From the NCBI GenBank assembly GCA_013823725.1, contig PNMQ01000004.1, forward strand, positions 119,156 through 183,155: a DNA stretch of 64,000 nt, read 5' to 3'. Shown in pieces: positions 37,565-45,127 of the stretch (its first letter is position 1; each line of letters begins with the position of its first letter). This DNA is from Candidatus Pelagibacter sp. (GTDB taxonomy: Bacteria > Pseudomonadota > Alphaproteobacteria > Paracaedibacterales > CAIOTO01). The notes under the pieces are model-generated. The model was not told the origin of the DNA, did not search any database, and saw only the letters and a list, made by a program, of their open reading frames with translations. Made by a program: the position numbers and the translations under genes.

Positions 37565-40315
37565 TTAATGATTATTTTTCTTTCCTGTCCACAAATCGAT
37601 CATATTCAAAACTTGTGAATATTTTTCGTTATTGCTGTATAAAACAGCTAATAAAGGCTCCATAAGTTTTCTTTGATTTTGTCCCATCTGAACCAGGCTT
37701 TCTATTTTTCTTTCATCCGTTTCATTAGATTGCTTGATATTTGAAACAGCCACATCAAATAAACTATTAGGTGTCTCTAGACCAACTTTTCTTTTGGTGG
37801 CAGCAGTAATTTCTTTAACAAAATCTTTTGCTATTCCTTGAGTTAATACCATTTTCGATTTAACACCTACTCCACCCATAACAAGAGTGCTAGATTTTGG
37901 TTCAAACAAAATGTTAATTCCAGAATAAACAGAATCAGATGGACATTCTATGTATCCCGACTGCACGTTATGAATGATAACATCATCATTTCCAGAGCTT
38001 GATAAAGTAACAACCACATCGGGCAACGTGAAAGATGTTTGCAATGACGAACCATTTTGAATATTTTCACCAATAAAATTTATGGTTACACCAGCAAGGG
38101 ATGAATCATCAGGAAAACTGATGACATTATTAATCACGTTTGCAGAAGTAATAGATGAGATTCCTGACACACCTGATACAATTGCTGAATAATTTCCTTC
38201 TTCATCTCTTTGTAAAGATAAATCGACTTTTTTACCTAGCAAAGCAGAATCAAAAAAATCATTACTTGGTTTAGGAATACTGAAGTTTAGGGCAAAAATT
38301 TCATCTGTTGATGATGCTCCAACCAACGCATAATCGATTGATATTTCTTTACCTAAAATTGAAGGATTTAATGTTTCAGGAAACTTAGCAATATTGAATT
38401 CGGAATTACTGAATTCTGCATAATCTCCAAAAAGTTTAACGACATTTTTATAATCTCCATTCATAATTTTTGTAACCAACGTCCCCTGATCAATCAATAA
38501 CATTCCTTCAACTTCATCATTGTTCCCACTTTGCCCTGATACAAATGTGATGCCTAAGTCTCCTAAAGAAAACAAAGAAGCACTTGTTGCCGACTCTCCT
38601 AAATTAGCCATATTTTGAGAGCTATGTAACATATGTTTAATATGAGAAATAACGGGATTATCTTTTAAAACAGCTTCTTTATTTTTTCCATCTTGATCAT
38701 CAGAATATTTAGCCATCGTTTTAACAACATCATTATAAGCATCTACAAATTGATTAATGTTGATGTATGCAGCTTGTTTATCATATTCAATAGAAAAAAT
38801 AGTATCTTTGGTTGATATACTATTTAAATTAATAGTGACACCATCAATTAAATTCGTAATAACGTTAGAATTTCTTTCTATATCAATATTGTTAAATTTA
38901 AACTTTGCAATCAAATCTGTAACATCCGTAGATGTTAAAGGTATCTGAAGACCCTGACCATCAGAAAGCGAATTATCTGTTGCCTGCACACCCATAGAAC
39001 TAATAGAAACACCTTTTTGTGTTGCCGTTAGCTGCAACTGGTAAGTTCCCGTTACACCAACAGCCACCCACGCTGCTGTAACTTTTTTTTCATCATCACC
39101 TAAAGCATTTAAAGTATCCATTAAATCTTGAGCTGTCATTTCCGATGTTATGGAAACAGACACATTATTAATCACAAATGAACCTGATAATCCCATAGGA
39201 TCTTCAAGATTAGAAACGGCAAAACTACTATTATAGCTATCCGTTTGCGTATCATTGACAGAATTAATGGTGACTGATGCCAATCCATATAAACTTGTAC
39301 TTGAACCTGAATAATCAATAGGAATTCCTGCTCCATTCGCCGTCAAAGTTAAATGACTATACGTTTGACCAAAATAAGAAGATGTTGTTATTGATGCCGT
39401 AACACCTGCGTTACTATTGCCATTAATAGAGTCAACTAAATTATTTAATGTTGTTGATTCACCAATCTGAAATGTTTCTCCATTCAACATAATAGATCCT
39501 AATCTTGAAAGGATGCTATCTGCATTTAAAAGACCAAATTCAGATGTATACGTATCTGCTATTGCAACTTCTCCATCAGGATTCAGAAAAGATGACTCTG
39601 TATTATTGATAGGGATTAATGTAAATAAAGACCTTGACGTTCCTTCTGTTCCTTGAAAGTTAATAGGTTTTGCAAACTCTATGGATTCTAAAACTAATTT
39701 ATGTCCCCCAGATTCTGTTGTTTGAATCGTGGATGCCGAAACTCTTGAAGATTCAGTTTGTAAATTTATTTTAGAAACAATATCATTTAGTGTGTCGGTT
39801 GAATTAATCTCGATTAGCATATTATTGATCGATAAATTTCCTGAAAAACCAAGCTCTTCCGTTAATGTTAACGCACTATAATTCGTAACTACTCTATCTT
39901 TTGTTGCTAACTGAGAAACATTAATAGATGTATTGTTTGGTGTAACCTGAGCAGATGTGCTTGCCAAAATACTTACGGCATCATCTGTAGATTTTATATT
40001 AGCCGTTCGAATATCGATACCATTCGATAAAGAGGTAGGATTTTTCAAACGTAGTGTTATATCATTTGTTAAACTTTCCAAGGACTTTTGGAGAATATTC
40101 ATCTTATCTCTAAGCACTTCAACAGCAGGAATTTCTTCCTCGGTTCGAATTTTTATTTTATCTTCTATTACAACTTTTTGTTCTGTTTTAACATTTACAA
40201 TTTCATCAATGATTTGATTAAAATCAATAGAATTATCGGCAATACGTTTTGTCAGATGCAAACGTCCATCTGCATCTTTTGTAATATTACTAAACGTTGA
40301 TTGCCCTATAGTCAT
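37565..40315 (-). CDS. fliD: Flagellar filament cap protein FliD (HAP2), expanded 916-aa form
   Basis: Coiled-coil N-terminal and C-terminal regions typical of FliD, a position between flagellin and fliS, and three internal Flagellin_IN-type repeats (GFSGNLSINN..IVSKIN.., GSIMLNGE..LVDSIN.., GLSGSFVINN..LMDTLN..). Confidence 0.6.
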   Translation of the reverse strand: MTIGQSTFSNITKDADGRLHLTKRIADNSIDFNQIIDEIVNVKTEQKVVIEDKIKIRTEEEIPAVEVLRDKMNILQKSLESLTNDITLRLKNPTSLSNGIDIRTANIKSTDDAVSILASTSAQVTPNNTSINVSQLATKDRVVTNYSALTLTEELGFSGNLSINNMLIEINSTDTLNDIVSKINLQTESSRVSASTIQTTESGGHKLVLESIEFAKPINFQGTEGTSRSLFTLIPINNTESSFLNPDGEVAIADTYTSEFGLLNADSILSRLGSIMLNGETFQIGESTTLNNLVDSINGNSNAGVTASITTSSYFGQTYSHLTLTANGAGIPIDYSGSSTSLYGLASVTINSVNDTQTDSYNSSFAVSNLEDPMGLSGSFVINNVSVSITSEMTAQDLMDTLNALGDDEKKVTAAWVAVGVTGTYQLQLTATQKGVSISSMGVQATDNSLSDGQGLQIPLTSTDVTDLIAKFKFNNIDIERNSNVITNLIDGVTINLNSISTKDTIFSIEYDKQAAYININQFVDAYNDVVKTMAKYSDDQDGKNKEAVLKDNPVISHIKHMLHSSQNMANLGESATSASLFSLGDLGITFVSGQSGNNDEVEGMLLIDQGTLVTKIMNGDYKNVVKLFGDYAEFSNSEFNIAKFPETLNPSILGKEISIDYALVGASSTDEIFALNFSIPKPSNDFFDSALLGKKVDLSLQRDEEGNYSAIVSGVSGISSITSANVINNVISFPDDSSLAGVTINFIGENIQNGSSLQTSFTLPDVVVTLSSSGNDDVIIHNVQSGYIECPSDSVYSGINILFEPKSSTLVMGGVGVKSKMVLTQGIAKDFVKEITAATKRKVGLETPNSLFDVAVSNIKQSNETDERKIESLVQMGQNQRKLMEPLLAVLYSNNEKYSQVLNMIDLWTGKKNNH

Positions 40316-40351
40316 AAGAATCTAAAAAATGAGAGAGAATAAATCTTAATA

Positions 40352-40368
40352 TGCAAAAAACGTTCCAA
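40352..40368 (-). promoter_or_regulatory. Candidate sigma-54 (-24/-12) promoter for fliD-fliS
   Basis: The minus strand reads TTGGAACGTTTTTTGCA, with GG-N10-GC spacing and one mismatch to TGGCACG-N4-TTGCW. The -12 GC lies about 38 nt upstream of the fliD ATG. Confidence 0.4.
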
Positions 40369-40390
40369 CTATAAAGAAGGAACGTTTTTT
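40353..40390 (-). terminator. Rho-independent terminator downstream of flagellin (symmetrical, A-run / T-run flanked)
   Basis: Stem AACGTTCC/GGAACGTT (8 bp) with a 12-nt loop, followed by TTTTTT on the minus strand. It begins 11 nt after the flagellin stop codon. Confidence 0.6.
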
Positions 40391-40400
40391 ATTCAAAATA

Positions 40401-41894
40401 TTAGTTCAAGTTCTTTGCAACAAGTGCGGCAAGTTTAGCTGGGTCTTCCAAAATGCTTCCAAAAACGGTAGAAGCCATTTGAGATAAAGCAGCATATTGT
40501 GTTGATTCTTGCAATGCAAATGCAATGTCCACGTCTGTAAAAGTTGCTTTTGCTGCTGTTTCATTTTGAATTTGAAGCTGTAAAGCTTGACCTTGAGCAT
40601 TAAGCTGGGCTTTTTTACCACCTAAATCAGCAATCATACTATTGACCTGATTTAGTGCAGAATCGATAAGATCTGCAGCAGAAGCGGCTGTATCTTTTGT
40701 GGTAATAGATGCACCACTTAAACCTAAAAGCGCTACTGTTGTTGCTTGGAAATTAATACCTAACATAGAATCTGCATCTGCACCAATCTGAATTTGCATT
40801 GTTCGGCTTACACCACCAGCAATATCAAGAATTTCATACCCAGCACTATTTTCTCTCTCGTTCATTGTTCCTGCAGTTACAAGACTTAAACCATTTTCAA
40901 AAACAACAGTTCTGCTCGCTGTTCCATTAGCGGTTTCTGGAGCTGTTTTTGAATCAAATGTTTGAGTATATACATTTTTACCATCACTTAACTGATATGT
41001 AATTTTTTGCACAACGTCATCATAGCCATAGCTTATAGAATATTTCCCAGGAACTGTTGCTGTGCCTGTTGAAACAGTTGATATTGAATCTAAGTTAACG
41101 GATTCAGATCTCAATGAAATGGGTGTTCCCACATCAACTTTAAATAATTGTTTTAATTGTGTTCCCACGTTTGAAAGAGATGTTAATCCCGTATCAGATA
41201 CTGTTAGACCAATACTAGTCGCTGAATCTATAGTGCTTGTTAAATGAAAATTACCTGTTGTAGCATAGTCAATGGTCCCTCTAAAAGTTTGCGTACCAAC
41301 CTTTAATGTAATCTCCGCTGAATTTGCAGATTTCTGTGCAACGCTTATATCACTTACAGCCCCCAGCATAAATCCTTGAAGGTCTAAAGTATTCTCAAAA
41401 TCTGTTGTTGTTTGTCCGGCTGTTGCTCCAGAAGCGGCTAAATCACCAAATCGAGTTGCTGAACTAGCATTACCTTCAAATAAAGACACTCCATTCCATT
41501 TCGTATCGGCAATAATATCAATTTGAGTTATATAGTTTTGAAATGTTTGATTTAACATTTTACGAGCAGAATCACTGACAGCGTCTGTGTTTGCCTGTGC
41601 TGTCAAACTCTTCATTGTTGTTAGATTTTCAATCAGCTGAGACAAAGAACCAGAAGCCAGCTGAATTAAAGAAATACCCTGAGTCACGTTTGAACTTGCT
41701 TGTTGTTCAGTTAAAATGTTGGTTTGTAGTAAGGAACCCAATGCTGCACCAGACGGATTGTCTGTCGGATCTGAATCTGTACGTCCAGAAGCTAATTGAT
41801 TGTTTGCTGTTGCTAATTTCTTTTGGTTAATACCCATATATCTACGTGCCGTAAGAGCATTAATATTACTGTTGACGTTGTTTAATACTGTCAT
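40401..41894 (-). CDS. fliC: Flagellin
   Basis: Conserved flagellin N-terminus (MTVLNNVNSNINALTARRYMGINQKKLATANNQLASG...) and C-terminus (..ALQESTQYAALSQMAST..), with a Thr/Ser/Gly-rich variable centre. An AGGA RBS is present. Confidence 0.85.
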   Translation of the reverse strand: MTVLNNVNSNINALTARRYMGINQKKLATANNQLASGRTDSDPTDNPSGAALGSLLQTNILTEQQASSNVTQGISLIQLASGSLSQLIENLTTMKSLTAQANTDAVSDSARKMLNQTFQNYITQIDIIADTKWNGVSLFEGNASSATRFGDLAASGATAGQTTTDFENTLDLQGFMLGAVSDISVAQKSANSAEITLKVGTQTFRGTIDYATTGNFHLTSTIDSATSIGLTVSDTGLTSLSNVGTQLKQLFKVDVGTPISLRSESVNLDSISTVSTGTATVPGKYSISYGYDDVVQKITYQLSDGKNVYTQTFDSKTAPETANGTASRTVVFENGLSLVTAGTMNERENSAGYEILDIAGGVSRTMQIQIGADADSMLGINFQATTVALLGLSGASITTKDTAASAADLIDSALNQVNSMIADLGGKKAQLNAQGQALQLQIQNETAAKATFTDVDIAFALQESTQYAALSQMASTVFGSILEDPAKLAALVAKNLN

Positions 41895-41938
41895 TTTATT
41901 TCCTATTTATTTCATTAAGTTACTCACAAAACAAATAA

Positions 41939-41955
41939 TGCAAAATATATGCCAA
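41939..41955 (-). promoter_or_regulatory. Candidate sigma-54 (-24/-12) promoter for flagellin
   Basis: The minus strand reads TTGGCATATATTTTGCA, i.e. TGGCA-N7-TTGCA with exact GG-N10-GC spacing. The -12 GC lies about 46 nt upstream of the flagellin ATG. Confidence 0.5.
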
Positions 41956-42157
41956 AATATAGAATACATGAAATCATGCTATTTTTTTATCTATACATTA
42001 AATTTTTCTTACGAAATAGATTTAAAAAATCAAATTAAATAAATAAATAGCTTTTAAATAGGTATATTTACAATATTTATTCATGTTTAACTGAACAATA
42101 AAAATAGGTAAAAATTACAACTTTAATATTTAGTAGGAAAAATATTCTCAGTTTTAA

Positions 42158-42994
42158 TTACCTGAGGGGCAAAAATTTCCTCCTCATGGATACCGCAGGC
42201 CTAAATTGATTGGAAGCAAAAGAAATAAACCTTCGTTTCCCGTATTTTTGCACACCTACTGCTTTTATTGGCAATATAGGCGCTACATTTTTAGCCATCG
42301 AAGCAACCTTGGATACAGCAGGTTGAATCTGTTTATTTCTTGATAAACCCTTTGGAGAATACGGTTGAACCAAATGTGTGACATGGTTTTTGACATTGCT
42401 GACATTAAAAAGGTTTTTATACGAATCATTAGAATGAACATCCGATATAATTTGAATCGTTTTTAAAACCTTATCTTGATAAATAGATCCATATTTTTCA
42501 GTCTTAGAGTGGTAATGACCTATTGTCTTCAACCAATCCTGAGAATTATCGTACAGACGTTTTAAAAACTTAACAGCATAAGAAACATTTGTATGCGGAT
42601 CAAAAGCAGAATCTAAATTAGAAAAGGCTTCTGGATGTTGTTTTAAATTAATTTGCATACAGCCCACATCAATACTTTTTTTTCCTTTATTCATCAAATC
42701 TTTGACAGCCTGAATCGCTTGGCCTTTAGAATGATACATATGCCCTTGTCCATCCACATTAATAGTCCAAGGCCATGCAACTCTAACATTAGGAGCTATT
42801 GTTCTACCCGATTCCACAAGAGCCATAGCCCTTAACATATTCTTTGGAAGCTTATGATTATTTTCAAAATGCTGAATAGGAACTTCACATAAGGCTAAAG
42901 CATCTTGGGAAAAAATTATCCACATCAGCGCAGAAAAATTATGAGTCCATTGATAGGGATATGACATTATTTTCATATTTCTTATTTTTTGCAT
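42158..42994 (-). CDS. Lytic transglycosylase (SLT domain), secreted
   Basis: Signal-like N-terminus, catalytic motif AMALVESG, and downstream GCMQIN and YHS blocks typical of family 1 lytic transglycosylases. Confidence 0.75.
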   Translation of the reverse strand: MQKIRNMKIMSYPYQWTHNFSALMWIIFSQDALALCEVPIQHFENNHKLPKNMLRAMALVESGRTIAPNVRVAWPWTINVDGQGHMYHSKGQAIQAVKDLMNKGKKSIDVGCMQINLKQHPEAFSNLDSAFDPHTNVSYAVKFLKRLYDNSQDWLKTIGHYHSKTEKYGSIYQDKVLKTIQIISDVHSNDSYKNLFNVSNVKNHVTHLVQPYSPKGLSRNKQIQPAVSKVASMAKNVAPILPIKAVGVQKYGKRRFISFASNQFRPAVSMRRKFLPLR

Positions 42995-43008
42995 ATTGAA
43001 TAATTAAA

Positions 43009-44298
43009 CTATGTAATATAAATGTTTTGATTTTTTTTAACTTTTTGCAGGACAAATCTACCAGGTGCCGATTCTTTATGTTTTAACAAAGAATCAATTT
43101 TCTTTTGATTATCTGTCCTCATTGGCAAATCCTTTAAAATAATTTGATCGTTTTTTAAATTTTTTTTCAAATTTTTAGAATTTTGCCTCATAAACCATGG
43201 AATCCAAGAACTAATCCACGAACCTTGTCGCGAATCTTTTTGACCTTTAAAATTTAAGGTGTGGTTATATCTAGATTTTTTAAAATGATGAACAACACCC
43301 GCTACATGACCTCCATCACCTAAACAATAAGTATGGTTTTTAAAATACTGAATACCTGGTTCAATAGCACTTGGAGGTACAATATGATCTTTTTCAAGAG
43401 CTAAAATAAACGTTGGGATTCTAATAGGTTTTTCAAATAGTTTTTTCATTAAATCATTTTTTGAAAAAATATTCCTGATATATTCATAATGAAGTTTTCC
43501 AGATATATTGCTGCTATCCTTATTCCAAAACAAATAATCGATAGGTTTTTTCTGTTCTTTCTTTACAATCCGTTGAATAATTTCTTGATGAATCATTTCT
43601 TTGACTTTTAAAAAAGAAAAAATCTGATGCATTCTTTCACCATGAAAATATCCTTCTTTATCGATTAAAAATTTAATTTGTTGCGCCATATTATTGGAAC
43701 AAGATCCTGACAGATTTTTTAATTCTGAAAAATCTAAAGGTGTTGCAATCAACGTTAAAGATTTAAATTTTTCAGCATGTTTCAGCGTCAAAATCACCGA
43801 CAATATTCCACCAACGCAATACCCCAACAAATTAATAGAATTAAACCGTTTCTGGATTATTACCATTGCTTGTTCTACAGCAAAAATCATATCTTGAAAT
43901 CCAATATCACAATACGATTCATCAGGATTTGCCCAAGATACACAAAAGACATTGATATTACTGTTATTTAAATGCTGCACAAATGACTTGTTTTCATCTA
44001 AATCAAAAATATAAAATTTATTAATCCATGGAGAAACAATAAGTATACATTCATCAGATTCTTGAGCTGAAGGGTAATGAATAAGCTGCATTAGAGGGGT
44101 TTCTAAAACCACTTGCCCTGATGCTGTTGCCAGATTTTTTCCCACACAAAATTCTTCTGACAGTGAATCTTCTAGCTTTACCCAACCCAAAGATGCGGCT
44201 ACTGCTAGTTGCCATTCATCAATAGTAAGGCAAGGATTTTCTTGAACTAAATCAGAAAAAAATTCTTGCTGCTTGATAAAAAAGTCATTAAAGAACAT
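43009..44298 (-). CDS. Short PHA synthase (PhaC)-like alpha/beta hydrolase
   Basis: Lipase-like box with Cys (LLGYCVGG), as in PHA synthases, and a later HVAGV His region. At 429 aa it is much shorter than class I PhaC. Confidence 0.55.
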   Translation of the reverse strand: MFFNDFFIKQQEFFSDLVQENPCLTIDEWQLAVAASLGWVKLEDSLSEEFCVGKNLATASGQVVLETPLMQLIHYPSAQESDECILIVSPWINKFYIFDLDENKSFVQHLNNSNINVFCVSWANPDESYCDIGFQDMIFAVEQAMVIIQKRFNSINLLGYCVGGILSVILTLKHAEKFKSLTLIATPLDFSELKNLSGSCSNNMAQQIKFLIDKEGYFHGERMHQIFSFLKVKEMIHQEIIQRIVKKEQKKPIDYLFWNKDSSNISGKLHYEYIRNIFSKNDLMKKLFEKPIRIPTFILALEKDHIVPPSAIEPGIQYFKNHTYCLGDGGHVAGVVHHFKKSRYNHTLNFKGQKDSRQGSWISSWIPWFMRQNSKNLKKNLKNDQIILKDLPMRTDNQKKIDSLLKHKESAPGRFVLQKVKKNQNIYIT

Positions 44299-44425
44299 AT
44301 ATCTATATGAATTTCATTTTTTAATATGGTGTCTTAACGAGCTTAAAATTTAGTTAAAGGGTTTTATCAAATCCTTCCTTTTTTAAGAGAGGATTTGACA
44401 GTTTTCATTCTAGCAAATTTAACGA

Positions 44426-44875
44426 TTAATGCCTCGTATCAATAACGCTCAATAAATGATACTGATTTGGTTCTTTTAGCTGTTGGAGAACATTTTGAAT
44501 TATATCACTTAAAATTTGATTTTCAGTTTGGGGTTCTTCATATTCATAATTTAAAAAATTTACTTCATTGGTGTCAGCACTATTGTCAGCACCAGATAGT
44601 CTTTGAAATTCGGACGCTGAAACAATTTGTATTGATTTATGAGTTTTTGATGAATCAACCACCAGGCCAAGTCCATAACTATTTGATCTCTTTCTTCTCT
44701 TCAAACATAAAGAGGATTCTCTTTCTTTGATATGCTGCTGGCTACTTTCTTGCTTTGTGTAGTTTTTTAATCTTTGGTGTGCTCTATCATGCTTGTGAGA
44801 ATATCCATCAAAGTCTTGAGCAAACAAAACAGAGGAAATCATCAACATTTTCATCATTAAAATTTTTTTAATCAT
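44426..44875 (-). CDS. Hypothetical secreted protein (ORFan)
   Basis: 149-aa ORF with a signal-like N-terminus (MIKKILMMKMLMISSVLFA). No motif recognised. Confidence 0.4.
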   Translation of the reverse strand: MIKKILMMKMLMISSVLFAQDFDGYSHKHDRAHQRLKNYTKQESSQQHIKERESSLCLKRRKRSNSYGLGLVVDSSKTHKSIQIVSASEFQRLSGADNSADTNEVNFLNYEYEEPQTENQILSDIIQNVLQQLKEPNQYHLLSVIDTRH

Positions 44876-45127
44876 AATATCTCTCTTTTAAACCTATAAT
44901 TTTAATGATAACTTTTCATTGTTAATAATCTATCAAAAGTAATCTTTTTCAAATTACATCTTAAAAGTTTCATAAATGTGTGCCCCACATCCAACACAAA
45001 TTATTTAATTTGATTGCACCTGATAAGAAAAAGAAACATTTCCATTTTTTTCTTTATTACTGCAATAATTTCATTTTTTTGATATCGTATACAAGATAAC
45101 TTATACGTACTTCAGGTCACAATATCT

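Noticed and set aside
37565-40315. An alternative reading of the 916-aa protein as a repeat adhesin rather than FliD.
   Set aside because: Three points favour FliD: its position between flagellin and fliS, its terminal coiled-coil regions, and its IN-motif repeats. The call remains unverified without HMM search and is retained at moderate confidence.
44361-44400. An 8-bp inverted repeat (TCAAATCC...GGATTTGA) between the 149-aa ORFan and the phaC-like gene, considered as a terminator.
   Set aside because: It has a 16-nt loop and no adjoining U-tract on the relevant strand, so it is too weak to call.
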